In this document: one piece after another, positions 40,819-57,149 of the stretch | Layout of the letters: every line of letters begins with the position of its first letter | Numbering within the stretch: position 1 is the stretch's first letter | NCBI GenBank assembly: GCA_964016885.1 | Contig: OZ024740.1 | Coordinates: 264,182,001-264,246,000, forward strand | DNA: 64,000 nucleotides | Source: Eledone cirrhosa | Taxonomy: Eukaryota | Reading direction: 5' to 3' | Program-made: the position numbers and the translations under genes | The notes under the pieces: model-generated | Seen by the model: the letters and a program-made list of their open reading frames with translations, nothing else | Told to the model about the DNA's origin: nothing | Database searches by the model: none

Positions 40819-42020
40819 ATATATATATATATAAAATATATAAAGATATATATATATATATATGTATATATAGAACTCTATAGAAGAATTTCAATAATGA
40901 ATATGTTGTTATAACCATTGCAATTGTTTTAAATATATAGTTGCTTCCTTATATATTCCTGGAGTACGCTTTAAATATTAACTATATTGCTTTGCTTACA
41001 TATATCTCTCTATGCCTGTATATATGTGCACGTGTCTCCGTGTGTGTGAGTATTTGTGTGTGATTCTTTGTGCATCTGAAAGGCGTCAAATTTAGAGTGG
41101 ATTCATTTAGGTAAGATATATGAAATAAGAACATATGTACTTTTGAAAATTCTATTTTACGTGGCACACTTATAAGGATATATTTTCGCCATTTTCTCTC
41201 TTTCTCACTCTCTCTCTCTCATACATACACTCACATATAAAGATACACACTTCAACACACTAAAATATTATATATACATATGTATGTGTGTGTGTGTAGG
41301 GGTGTGTGTGTGTATGTGTGTGTGTGTGTGCATTCATTTATAAGTGTTTAACGTATTTCCAATTCCCTTATTCAAACACGCTTAGGCCGATTCACATACC
41401 TCACATCTCTCTCCTCTTTAGTTAATTGCAGAATGGTTGTGGTTCTCTGAAGGTGTTTGATGTGATTAAATAGTTTTCTTCCTATATTAAATTAGAAATG
41501 ATTTCAAAAAAGACAGGTTCAATGATGATTTTTCCTACATTTAATAATTCCATTAAGTTCAGGCTTCTTAGAAACCTGACATTTCATTATTACATCGTGG
41601 AAAAATTTGTAATGTCATACATATGCCATTACTTTGCTGCCATATGCCAGCTGTATTTAGAGAATGTAACTCATTTGTGATAAAATGTCGAAGATGGAAA
41701 ATTTAGATGAAAATAATTTATAGTAAATTAGTTGTTTCTATTTCATGTGGCTTTTTTTTTTATTTAAGCAGTGTCATAGAAGCCTGATATTTTTTTAATA
41801 GCAAAATACCACAGCAAAGCTTTACTTCCCTCACCAGAGTCATCATCTATCTGTCTATTTATATATAATTGCCATATAATCCTCCTGGTTACACTCACTC
41901 ATTCTTTCTTTCTACAGATACACATATCATATAAAGCTACTCTTATTATATATAAATACATACTTCGACACACATACACATGAATATATACAGGGATATA
42001 TGTATATATATATATATATA

Positions 42021-42078
<58 letters not shown>

Positions 42079-42121
42079 CATATATATTGATACATCTATA
42101 TATATATATATACATATATGA

Positions 42122-42192
<71 letters not shown>

Positions 42193-42213
42193 GATAGATA
42201 GATATATATGTAT

Positions 42214-42283
<70 letters not shown>

Positions 42284-42341
42284 CAATTGAATTGTAGTAA
42301 GGAACCAGATGGACCATATGTATCAATATATATATATATAC

Positions 42342-42467
<126 letters not shown>

Positions 42468-43024
42468 ACATATATAATGACATATCTATCTATATATTTC
42501 TTAATAACCAGAGAATAAACAAGACAACCTGACCTTTTACTAGGGATAGGAATTATATACGCGATTCAAATTTTAACCTCTAATTGCTTCACAAAGTTTA
42601 CTCTATGTGTTTAACATAATGTATCCATTTTAATAAACATAATTATGCATTTCTCCAAATGGTTATCCTAGTTTAATCGTTAATTGTATTTACTACAAAT
42701 TAGTAAAATAAATTACTATAATTGTAGTTTCATCCATATTACGTTTATTGTCTCTGAGGAGTAAATGTATCAAATAAATGTAATATTAGTTTCATATTCA
42801 TGTTAAACTATTGGCATGATTTCATTTCTTTTTTTATATATAATTTATTTAGCGAAGGAATGGAGTTGCCTTTCACCTCTTTATGCAGCCACCGAGACTG
42901 GTGGGTGAGTTTATATTCTAACAAAAGTTTGACCGAATTAAATAAACAATATAAAACAGGTTGCAAGCACTCCAATGGGACCTTTTATCAGACGGTCTTC
43001 CATACTATATCCAAATACCAATTT

Positions 43025-43100
43025 TCATTTACATAGCTGATGTCATTTACATAGCTGATGTCATTTACATAGCTGATGTCATTTACATGAGCTGATGTCA
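43025..43100. repeat. 18-bp tandem repeat, 4 copies (TCATTTACATAGCTGATG)
   Basis: Direct reading. Confidence 0.9.
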
Positions 43101-45486
43101 ATAAACAGGTGCTAATGTTAAAAGACAGATACGTTGAAAGCAAATCAGAAACCACACAGTTTTGAGGCGGACAATTACATTTCACTGACATCTTTGTGCT
43201 TAGGTAGAGGTAACATAAGCACTATCTAAAATTATAATTCAATTCTTCGGTAACATGTAGCTTTAGTGTACATCATCTGTCTCCTTATGTTATTTTTATT
43301 TAGTATTGAAAGAGTGGACACTACATGCAATGGTAGTATTATACAAACCGTCGCTTAGTTTGCCCTGTACTCAAATATTAATGCCTCACAGTAAACATTA
43401 AACCTCGAAATTCGAACTCGGGAAGAGTCGATTTATTTTATTTCTGTGCATGACTAGCATTACTTTATCAAACCAGAATGGGGATATTGAATGTAGGGGA
43501 CTTCGAGACACAATGAAAGTTGCTGTAATTACAAAGCCTTTTAACCGACACAGTAACGATACCGCCAATCCAATGTGTTTTTGAATAAGTAACCATGGTC
43601 TATAAGTGATGGAATGCACACCTGTATGTATAGTTTATTAAGATATTCATTCACTATAGAAATGTCCACAAAACCAAATAAAATAGTATATTTAAATAAT
43701 TCCCCTGCAATGACTCTCATAAATCATATAAGCCAAGTAGTAATAAAACTATTTTTGAAACCATTGCCATGTACTGGATCGTGTACTGTTCAGGTTGACG
43801 GGCTTTGGAATCAATACTAACACATGTTATTGAAATGATTTTTTTCACTACTGAATCGGCATGGTGTAAACGTTTCTGATTGTGACCCACTGAGACAGAC
43901 TCGCATTTGTGGCTTGATCTCCTAGATACATCAATAACATCACACTAAATTTAAACCTGACTAAAAGAGTGAAATATAAAAAAGTAAATTTACAAAATGT
44001 ATAGATATTAACATTGAAATAATTAAATAATATATTCCGTTTTAATTATGTACTCATCTCATGTAATAATAAATCAGGTAACTATGTTGTTAGTTATGAT
44101 TAATATTCACGTTATAATGTATTATTTATGCCATTATAATATCTAATCTAGATGTTACATTTTGAGGCTGTGTCTAATTTATATTAGAAAGCTAGTGTCA
44201 AGAACAAAGCAAAAATAAAGCAAATAAAAATAATTTCAATATTTGAAGACACGAAAAGGAATGTTTAGAGTATACAAATGAATACATTTAATATCAGACA
44301 ACCGATCAAAAATAGTATTTGACGTCAGTCAAAGTGAAACAAAAACAACTTGATGTATATATATATATATAATAACAATATAAAAATAAAGTAAAATATT
44401 TTGCACAGCATTCAAAAATTTAAGAATATTTATATATACTAAAAATATCGATAAAATGAAATAAATAGCATGAAGACAAACATAGAAGAAAACGGCAAGA
44501 ATGAAAAGAAGAAGAAAAGGAAATCACTGAAATAGTCACCTTTGTATTGAGAAGTAACAACAATGGCAAAATAGGATTTTGTATTCTTTTACTAAAGAGT
44601 TGAAAAAAATATGATGTCCTATTCCTTGGAAATAATTTGCCATTGTTCTAATATGTTCATCATATATTTTACCCATTATATGATTCTGATTTCCTGTATA
44701 TATATTTTTTTTTCTGTGTGTGTTTTTGTATTATATGTATATTTGATTATTTATTTATTTGTATTTTGATATTTTGAAATAATGCAATAAATATCAAGGG
44801 CAGCCATTTCCCATTGTTGAAATTAGGCATTAGAATTCAACATCAATGTGATAATGAAATTATATATCATGCCCAACATACAATTCTTCTGCCTTGTTTA
44901 CAAGCAAACCAGCTAGCTAAATCTTCATATGAATGAATCATTATGAACAAGTATTATTGAAATGAAAAAAAAAAAAAATACCCACACCCAAATGCTTAAA
45001 GAAAATGAGAGATAAGAAAACAAACAAAAGTGAAAAAAATGTAGAATATGTTTAAAAAATAAACCAATAAATTAACATTTCCATCTTGTATTAAACGTGA
45101 GAAAATCCTATATGCGTTACGACTGCCAACTTTCTCTTTCGTGTGAGAATTGTTTTCCTTTTAGGGGAGCATAATCGATGAGGTTTAGGGTTGCGGTACA
45201 CAAATGTCTAGATTTAATTAGGTAAATGAAAGGGTACATCTATTTAATTGAAAATTAATGCACCGTGTTATTCTCATGTATTTGAGATTGTAGTGTCAGC
45301 AAGTTCTCAGAAATTGAATGAGTCACTAAAAGTGACTGTTGATTCTACGAAAAATATTTTAATAATATTTACGAAAGAACGAAGGGACAGCAATAAAAAT
45401 GTGATAGAATGTTAGAATAACAGGGCTCAAACATTTTTGTTTATATGTATGTAGATAAGGAGCAAAAGAGATAGAAAAAGAGAGAT

Positions 45487-45549
<63 letters not shown>

Positions 45550-45757
45550 CAGCGTTTTAATCATCATTGTGCTAGACATTCTCACAAATGAATTTAAATA
45601 AAGGGGTTAGAATATCAGATGCTTACCCAGCAGTTATTATCATTAGATATGAGAACCTCCTCAGTATTAACATCGTTATAAATCATTTTGAAATCTATAC
45701 TAATAAAGCTTACGGCCGTATGTATGTAACAAACCTTTCGCCAAAATGCTGAAACAA

Positions 45758-46622
45758 ACTATATAATTTCAACAGTAATACTGTACTATACTATATATTT
45801 TCAACAGTAATACTGTACTATATTATATAATTTCAACAGTAATACTGTACTATACTATATATTTTCAACAGTAATACTATACTATACCATATATTTTCAA
45901 AAGTAACACTGTACTGTACTATATATTTTCAACAGTAATACTATACTATATATTTTCAAAAGTAATACTGTACTATATATTTTAAAAAGTAATACTATAC
46001 TATATATTTTCAACAGTAATGCTGTACTATACTACATATTTTCAACAGCAATACTGTACTATATATTTTCAACAGTGATGCTGTACTATATATTTTCAAC
46101 AGTAATACTATAACATATATTTTCAACTGTAATACTGTATTGTACTATTTATTTTCAACAGTAATACTGTACTGTAATACTATACGATATATCTTCAACG
46201 GTAATACTACACTATATATGGTGAACAGTAGTACTGTACTATATATTTTCAACAGTAATACTATACTATATATTTTCAAAAAGTAATACTGTACTATATA
46301 TTTTAAAAAGTAATACTGTACTATACTATATATTTTCAACAGTAATTCTGTACTATACTACATATTTTCAACAGCAATACTGTACTATATATTTTCAACA
46401 GTAATATTGTACTATACTATATAATTTCAACAGTGATACTATACTATATATTTTCAACAGTAATACTATACTATATATTTTCAACAGTAATACTGTACTA
46501 TATATTTTCAACAGTAATACTGTACTATACTATATATTTTCAAATGTAATACTATACTATATATTTTCAACAGTAGTAATGTACTAAATATGTTTAACAG
46601 TAATACTATACTATTTCAACAG
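45758..46622. repeat. Minisatellite, variable 25-35 bp unit (TATATTTTCAACAGTAATACTGTACTATAC)
   Basis: Roughly 28 tandem units differing in the number of 5-bp TACTR subunits. Confidence 0.92.
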
Positions 46623-47273
46623 TGGCACAAATATTTATAAATGTCGGTCATTTAGTATGCTACATGTTTTTAAGATCCGAAATATCAAACTTTTGATAGA
46701 ATTGCTTCTAGTTTCACTCTCAAGCGATCACGAAATTTGCTCCAGATGTTTATGTTTTCAAATGAAACCCAAGTCATGTCTAAATAAAGCTTTTTTCAAA
46801 TACCAAAATTAATTTGTACAATTTTATTTCAGAGAGAAATTCGATCAACATCAACTAGCGACTCTGTTCCATAGGACTTTTGCTCCAGGACCCATGGATT
46901 AATTCCAGAAATCTCTCGTGTGGCTGTGCTACAGAGGAGCTTTGCCAATTGGAGAAAAACGCTAAAGGCATGGAAGTGCTGTTTCCTCTAGATCACTTTA
47001 GTACACGTTACTCTTTCCAAACTGACTATGTTATAAACAACTAGAGGGGTGGATAGACAGAATCGGTGGAGCGTCGCAGAAAACATGTTTGCGTTATTGT
47101 CTCCTGGTATATAATCTCTGAGCTCAATTTCTCAAGAAATTCCCGAAATGTTTTGCCACTAAAGACGAACATACTGCCTTATAAAGGACATTTCCGAAGA
47201 TAAACGTCCTTAAACAAGTGTACGAGTCCCACATTTAGACAGAAACGTATATATACACACGCATATACATACG

Positions 47274-47735
<462 letters not shown>

Positions 47736-47944
47736 ATATTTATATATATATATACATTGTTTCTTTTGTGGAGTGGTTATGTTACCTGATAAAACACACA
47801 CACACTCCGAGCGAGATTTTTAATTAACAGATCCCTTTCAACAAAATATGTGAACATACCGATCATTCATGACCTCTGTTTATCCTTTCTATATTTACTT
47901 CACCTCCTTTGTTCCATTCTGTCTCACTGTCGGATGCAATGTGA

Positions 47945-47988
<44 letters not shown>

Positions 47989-47990
<2 letters not shown>

Positions 47991-48460
47991 TTTTTGAATT
48001 GGTTTTGCGAGCTTGCTTATCTGAAAACGTGTGTTGAAAAAGATATTGTTATACATAACTGCCAATAAAAACCCACGCACCTGTTGGATTTCACTTTAAT
48101 TTTATCATTAATTTCCGTTTGTTTGGTTGGTTCAATAACCGGATGGTTGTTTATATATTGTCAAAGCACTTTCGTTACACATTGTGTGACTTCCCCTGTG
48201 ACTGGGTTTTTAATTTGTATCTCCCCTTTGTTCTGTCCTACACAACAAAAACAAGATATTGTAGGACAGAAGAGAGTAGAGTCACAAAATAAAAACCCAG
48301 TCACTGGGGAGGTCACATAATGTTTGACGAAAGAGCTGTGATGTTATATGAGCAACCATCTATGTGTTTTTATTGGCAGCATGATCCTCCCAATAACAAT
48401 ATCTGTTTCAACACACGTTTTCAGATGAGAAATGTTGTAAAACAAATTCAAAAACGAAGT
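47989..48460. mobile_element. Head-to-head pair of family H-related PLE ends
   Basis: 47989-48240 is inverted against 48258-48460. Degenerate hammerheads at ~48160-48205 and ~48300-48342. (TA)n on both sides. Confidence 0.7.
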
Positions 48461-48728
48461 ATATATATATCGATACGCGAGCAAAGTAAGTTTCAAGTAA
48501 AGATATTTACACTTATATTTAAATATAAATAAATTCCACACTCCTTTGAATTTGGTTTCTTCTGGCAACGATTCATTGAACCGTCGATGGTACATTTGGA
48601 CCTTATTATCTATGTTTCTGATTATGGATGGTTTGCGTAACGCCGAGTGCTTTGATTTCGTGCATCATCGGTTACTAACGGAAATTACCTTATCCACCCA
48701 TTCATAAACAACATAGCATATATATAGG

Positions 48729-48759
<31 letters not shown>

Positions 48760-49099
48760 TCGTGTGCGTGTGTGTGTGTGCGCGCGCGTGTGTGTGTGTG
48801 TCTGTGTGTGTGTGTGTGTGTGTGCGTGTGTGTGTGTAAATAAATTATTTTAATCAATACATAAAATAACAATCATATTATCTGGCAAATGCACATGCCA
48901 ATAGGAGTGCTAGAAATTGCTCAATGATGGGCCCCTTAGCCAGATGTACTGTATTCAAATAAAATATTTTAAGAGCAGTAATACAATAATGCATCAATAA
49001 ATATTGCCTAGCCAGAATGTATCCAACACATAATATTTACTGATGTATTATTTGGAACCCACCGAGGTCAACTTTGGCAGTAAACATATTCAAAAACAT

Positions 49100-50170
49100 T
49101 AGAGAGCTTCCAAGACGATGTGGGAACCGCTCGTGTGGAAGCCTCGAGACGTCTTCAAAGAAATGCCACCGATCATGGGAGTAGAAAAACCCGACCTCCA
49201 CAAGCCACGGGGAGGTAAGTAAACCATTCCACTCCTTATTTACTCTGCCAACATAACAATCTTAAGAGTGGGATGTTTAAATGTTCGTGGCGTGAGGTCG
49301 ACTTGCAATCAGGCTCGCTTGCTGAACTATTTCAGGTCACTAAATATGGATGTGACTGCCATCAACGAGACCAGGATTTCCGAAACCCGCACGCTGGCCC
49401 CCATTTCCGACGAATATCAGATCTTCACATCTATAAGATTGCAGGGAATGGGAGGTGGGTGGCAGTGCTGTTTAGAAAAGGCCGAGATCTCGGTGAGTTG
49501 GTGGTGAATTGTTGTTTTTAGACTGGTGTCAGTTCAGGCCCCGACCGGGTCAGGGGAACCGGACTTCGTTAGACGCCTGGAAGACTTTCTGGAAACCCTC
49601 GCTCTGTACTGTCAGAGGGGCAAAGGATCGGCATCTTATAGGCATGTTGGGATTGTGTGGTAGTAGGTGAATGTGAAAAGTTGACGGGATCGAAACTAAA
49701 CCCCGGAAAGGTCGATGGACTTGCAATTCGTCCAACATCGTTGTCGGGCGTTGGACAGATGGACCAGTAAAATTGCTCGCGGTTTAGTTGGGTCCAGACT
49801 TACAGGGAGATAAATATTGGAATGAAGTGATGATCAGGGTAGCCACTCTCACCTAGAAATGAGTCGAGAGGAAGCTTTCGCTGAAGGGTCAGAAGATGGC
49901 GGACGCGTACATCGCGTCCTTCTTCTACAATTACCTGACCGTCGGGCCTTGTCCCCATTCGTGCCCCCGTTCGTGCCTCACCAAAATGGGACGGGTTCGC
50001 TTCGCCTGACCATTCAACACTTTGGTATTGAGGTATACAGTCCTGATGTAGAGTAATGATCCAGAAACATGTTGATTGTTCCTCAAAGCCGGTCACCGGC
50101 ACGGCACAGATTCTAATCCGGTTCGTTTGTTTACAAACGAATCAAACATTTTTATTAGTGTTCCATATAA
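49100..50170 (+). mobile_element. Internally deleted Tx1/L1-like LINE (APE endonuclease start plus 3' end)
   Basis: GCLNVRG, AINETRI, GGG-VAVL motifs at 49268-49490. The 3' part resembles 1340-1415. Confidence 0.7.
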
Positions 50171-50234
50171 CTCATAGGTGCATATATATATATATGTGCA
50201 TATGCGTGTGTGTGTGCAGATATGTGTATACACT

Positions 50235-50265
<31 letters not shown>

Positions 50266-50299
50266 GTGCATATGCGTGTGTGTGTGCAGATATGTGTAT

Positions 50300-50385
<86 letters not shown>

Positions 50386-50809
50386 ATGTGTGTATGTATG
50401 TATATACAGATATATATATATATATCCTTATGTGGTTGACAGCTGAGAGAACCGAGTACTCAATACTGAAGTAGAGTTTTAATATTCATTAATATTTAAT
50501 ATTCATATATTAAGGCTCAATAGTGAGTGCGTCATGTTACTATGGTGTTCCGAGTCCCTATTTAGCTTCAATAAAAGGAGTATATGTTTACATATACATA
50601 CATCTATACACACATATTATATATATACATGTGTGTTTGTGTGTGTGTGTGTATTCACTAATAAAATGAATATATGTTTATATATATATATATATATAAA
50701 CATATACTCTTTTTCTCTATTTTCATTTATATATGGAACGATCGACTTTCGTTAAATCGGACCGAGGAAGCAATGTTCCCGTTGGTCTTTCCAATTGGTA
50801 ATCAGTCGT

Positions 50810-50940
50810 AACTCCAGGTAGAAGGAGCAACGTGAAATAAAGTGTGTTTCTCAAGGACATAACGCATCGCCTGGTCCAGGAATCGAACTCACAACCTCAC
50901 GATTGTGAATCCAATTCTTTGACCACTCAGCCACACGCCA
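50810..50940 (-). mobile_element. tRNA-derived SINE (second family)
   Basis: A box TGGCTGAGTGG, B box GAGTTCGATTCC, followed by TGTCCTTGAG..ACACTTTATTTCAC core-like segment. Confidence 0.8.
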
Positions 50941-50946
50941 TCACCA

Positions 50947-51663
<717 letters not shown>

Positions 51664-51669
<6 letters not shown>

Positions 51670-52544
51670 GAATTAGTATATCTACTAACATATATACACA
51701 GATGCATACCCATGCTACCAAATATATAGGTTTTGTCTTAGTAACTTTGTGGTTCAATGAATGGAGATGAAGAATAATAATATGAAAGACGTAAAATAAG
51801 AAAATTATAAAAATTAACTTACTTACTAAAATTTTTGTATAAGTTCCGTGTCCACGCATTGCCTGGAAACTTAGCTGAGAATAGACTTCCCTGATGACGA
51901 AAGGCTTCTCCGTACGTTTCTTCAGAAACTATGTTTATTCCATTTCACAAACTAATTAGTTGGAGTGAAATTTTAGTAAGTAAGTTAATTTTTATAATTT
52001 TCTTAATTTACATCTTTCATATTATTGTTCTGCATCCCCATGCATTGAACCACAAAGTTACTAAGACAAAACCTATATATTTGCTGGCATAGGTATGCAT
52101 CTGTATATATATGTTAGTAGATATATTAATTCTTTATAATTATCTCCAAATTATTTTGTTGAGCCAAAATTGGCCAAAACTGCTATTATAGTTCATATTA
52201 ACGGTTCGGCTGCTGTCTTCTTAACAAACCACTCCTCACTGATTAACCTCGATGTAACGTGATTGATTCTTTTGAATTTGCCACCGACAGAGTAGGCAGT
52301 GATTTTTTCAATGGCTTGGAACTTAGTCTACGCTTTGCTTTTTTCCATCCACTGAATTATTTTTGTATAAGTTCGCTTTGTCCACGCATTGCCTGGATAC
52401 TTAGCTGAGAATAGACTTCCCTGATGACGAACGGCTTCTCCGTACGTTTCTTCGGAAACTATGTTTATTCCCTTTCAGAAACTAATTAGTTGGAGTGAAA
52501 TTTTAGTAAGTAAGTTAATTTTTATAATTTTCTTATTTTACGTC

Positions 52545-52550
<6 letters not shown>
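51664..52550. repeat. Composite inverted plus direct repeat with two CTGATGA..GAAA motifs
   Basis: 51664-51834 is inverted at 51968-52137. 51832-52023 is directly repeated at 52360-52550. Confidence 0.75.
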
Positions 52551-52611
<61 letters not shown>

Positions 52612-52688
52612 TATATATATAAAATTGCAAGTTTGAAGAACTATTATATATATATACCCCTTCGAATTTTATATATATATGATACGTC

Positions 52689-52813
<125 letters not shown>

Positions 52814-53534
52814 CGTGCGTGTGTGTGTGTGTGTGTGTGTGCGTGCGTGCGTGTGTGTGTGTGTGCATGTGTGTGTATATCACATACCTGTTACAACATG
52901 ATCGAAAATGAATGTAGTAGTTCAACAGAAATATACCTCCCTGAAACACAGAATGTAATATATTTTACTGTAGCGTTGTTGCAACCAAAATACACCAGAA
53001 AGAAAGATGCTAGTATTTCTGTGAAATAAACAGTTGAACTTCAGTCTAGTGAAACATTGCAAATATTAGTAATTAACTCATATTTTGAAGTAATTTAGAC
53101 GAGAAATCAGCAGAAACAATTATCCCCTTGAGGAAATACCTTGTCAAGTAAATGATATTCATTGTTAAAAACAGTAGGCAAATAAATACTCTAAAACGCG
53201 AGCTTGCACTGTGTCTGTTTTGTTTATTTTTATACATGATTTATTTATTAGTTTGATTTTCTTTTTTTTTCTCAACCTTCAATAATTTCACCTTGGGCTA
53301 TGTATGGGACCCGTTATAACCAAATACTATACATAATATCGCTGTGTACTAATTCAAATGCCGACAGTTCAGCGTCACTTGAACGTAAATGATAGCTTAA
53401 TAGAATTTTTTTCCATACGCTAATTTCGAAAGAAAAACAATAAGATTAAGTGGCGTTTCGATTGCTTTATGAGTTCGTTTAAAGAAGAATCACAACACTA
53501 TTTTATCAAGAGTATTGCTTGAAAGGAATGTAAC

Positions 53535-53585
53535 AACAGTAGCAGTAGTAGTAGTAGCAGCAGCAGCAGCAGAAGCAGCAGCAGC

Positions 53586-53633
<48 letters not shown>

Positions 53634-53647
53634 TGCAGCAGCAGCAT
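53535..53647. repeat. (GTA)n/(GCA)n trinucleotide repeat
   Basis: Direct reading. Confidence 0.9.
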
Positions 53648-53859
53648 TAGAAGATGATTTCGTAGTAGGTTCAACACTTTTTGTTGTTTTAGATTTCTTT
53701 CTAATTCATTTGTAGTTCTATTTCTTTTTATTTATTAAAATAATGTTAATTATTTATATACTTATGATTATCATTCTCATTATTATTGCACTGGGATAAT
53801 TGCTGGCCTTGTGCCAAAAGTAGAAACAATTATTATTATTATTATTATTGTCACCTTCA

Positions 53860-54045
53860 GGGCGGTGAATTGGCAGAATCGGTAGAGGGTCGGACGCCAT
53901 GCTTTTCAGCATAGTTACGTCCCTTTACGGTCTGAGTTCAAATCCCGTCGAGGTTAACTTTGCCTTTCATCCTTACGGGGTCGATAAAATAAAGTACCAG
54001 TAATGTACTGGTTAATTGCTGGCCTTGTGCCAAAAGTAGAAACAA
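53860..54045 (+). mobile_element. tRNA-derived SINE, preceded by a 3' fragment of the same family (53790-53830)
   Basis: A box TGGCAGAATCGG, B box GAGTTCAAATCC. Flanking duplication ATTATTATTATTGTCACC. Confidence 0.88.
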
Positions 54046-54639
54046 TTATTATTATTGTCACCCTCATAATTATAATTATTATCATCACCATCATCCTTAT
54101 TATCATTTTATTATTTCAATCTGGGTACAAATGTTATTTTTGTTTGTTTGTATTTCTTAAAGTGAAAATAAAGCCTACTTTAATTTTAAACGCTAGAGAT
54201 AGCGATGAACATAATTCCCTCCTGTCCTGTTACAGCTTAACACAAGTGACAAAAAATAAATAAGAATCAAAACAAATATTAACTAATTTTAAAAGAAAAC
54301 TTTCAAGGCAAAAATTGTCCCTCAACAGTAAAAATTGAAGGAAAATGAGATCGTGTCAGAAGCATTGTTATATTAGGGTGGGAACATGGAAAAAAATTGA
54401 GATGAAAGAGAGATAAGCTAGTTAGAGAAACTCAATTGGAAATCCAAAATATTAATGAGTTGTAGAAAATGAGATGTAGATTGTTAAGACGTTCACGTAG
54501 AAATGATACGGCTGATGATGGTGATGTTGAAAGTAGAGGTTGTGTGTAGGGTGGGGGATTACAGGAAAACAATCTAGAGAAGCACTGCGATATGAAATCA
54601 GGAGCGATAAAGAAAGAAATCTCACACACAAACATATCT

Positions 54640-55300
<661 letters not shown>

Positions 55301-55568
55301 TTCTTTATTAGTCACGAGGGCGCAGAAGAAAAGGGGACGATACAAAGACATATGGCGGATAATTTACATACAGTTGTGTAAAAAAGTTTTAACATGACAA
55401 TACAAATCCCCAATAGGAGATAGATAGATAGATATGGATAGATAGATATATAGATAGATAGAATGAGAGATGGATGGATGTGTGTGTGTGTATGATTGTT
55501 CTCTCTTTGTCTCCTGGCGACATTGCTTGTTTCGACTATATGAACATTATATATATATATAGGTGGAT

Positions 55569-55756
55569 GGGCGGTGGATTGGCAGTATCGGTAGAGGGTC
55601 GGACGCCATGCTTTCCAGCATAGTTACGTCCCTTTACGATCTGAGTTCAAATCCCGCCGAGGTTTACTTTGCCGTTCATCCTTACGGGGTCTATAAAATA
55701 AAGTACCAGTAATGTACTGGGTAATTGCTGGGCTGGTGCCTAAAGTAGAAACAATT
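55569..55756 (+). mobile_element. tRNA-derived SINE
   Basis: Same family as 3336-3521. Confidence 0.88.
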
Positions 55757-55779
55757 ATATATATATATATATATATATA

Positions 55780-55832
<53 letters not shown>

Positions 55833-55878
55833 TCGTGCGCGTATATGTATATACATACATAAATGCATATGTATATAT

Positions 55879-56110
55879 ATCAACTAGAAATAGATTGACA
55901 TATATATAAAATAAATAGATGAAACAATCACAGGGAATAATATTTCTTTACAAATTATTCCCTGTGATAGTTTCATGTATGTATTTTTTATATATATATA
56001 TGTCAATCTATTTCTAGTTGATATGTAATGCTCGGATCTAATCTTTGAGCTTATTCTACGGTCGATATGGTGCATGTCTCTCAGACATGACAACCCTTAA
56101 TTTTAATTTT
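55879..56110 (+). mobile_element. Miniature inverted-arm element with tail
   Basis: ~62-bp inverted repeat 55879-55941/55953-56022, then GCTCGG..TTGAGC tail to (TA)n. Confidence 0.55.
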
Positions 56111-56131
56111 GGATATATATGTATATATATA

Positions 56132-56268
<137 letters not shown>

Positions 56269-56452
56269 CATGAATATCTCTATATATATGGACATGTGGT
56301 TAGATTTCGTGCGTGTGTTTGTGTGTATGCGTATGTGTGGATTTTATCTATCTAGATAAATACCCGGATCTAGCTTGGGATAAATCGGGATAATGTTTGC
56401 TTTGATTTCTAGTAAATATGGACAACTTTTAATCATGTCAAAATTATATGTT

Positions 56453-56484
56453 ACTAGACCACCCGTGACCACTGACACGTCGGG
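56453..56484 (-). mobile_element. Possible Helitron 3' end
   Basis: CCCG..CGGG hairpin followed by TGGTCTAG|T on the minus strand. Confidence 0.4.
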
Positions 56485-56744
56485 AGATGTTCGCTTCAAA
56501 ATATATATTTTTTAAATCATGTTTACTTAAAAATTATTTTTAAGTAATTAGAATATACACACACATGTATATAATGTGAAATGAAATTAGAAGGACCATA
56601 TATATATACGTGTGTGTATGTATATATATATATGTGTGTATGTACCCGTGTGTGTATATGTATGCATGGGTGTCTGTGATCTAGATACACTGGCCATAGA
56701 CACACACACACATACTCATATATATAGATATATATATATATATA

Positions 56745-56878
56745 ACGAAGGAAATGTGGTAAGGAACCAGGTGGACCATAACGCGCCAAAGTACTCAATA
56801 CTTAGGGTAGTAGAGTGGGTAATAGGAACCAGTAAGACCCCGACGGCTGAGCTCAAGCCGTTTCGACGGCTAATTCTG

Positions 56879-56882
<4 letters not shown>
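56745..56882 (-). mobile_element. Short PLE-type 3' end with half hammerhead and tail motif
   Basis: GAAACGGCT tgagctc AGCCGTC, then ACTCTAC..TTGAGTACTT. A related fragment lies at 42283-42320. Confidence 0.5.
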
Positions 56883-56935
<53 letters not shown>

Positions 56936-57149
56936 GTATCCAATGTAAGTTGGGGGGTCTATTCTGTATGAAGAACTCGATGTAATCCATATGTTGAAAA
57001 TGTTGTAGGTTAAGATAAATCACAGAAAACAATAAAACATTAAAAGGAAAACAGAGTCATGATATAAGTTAAAACAATGAAATAAAAAATCAAGTCATTA
57101 GAGATATACTTCACTGCTTTACGATCGTTTCTAGAACATAATAATACAT

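Noticed and set aside
45758-46622. CRISPR-like regular repeats
   Set aside because: No unique spacers and no cas genes. This is a tandem minisatellite in a eukaryotic context.
50860-50940. tRNA gene
   Set aside because: The A/B boxes continue into a SINE body and the cloverleaf is imperfect. The same applies to the heads at 3336, 53860 and 55569.
53515-53715. Poly-Val/Ala membrane-like ORF
   Set aside because: It is a trinucleotide microsatellite.
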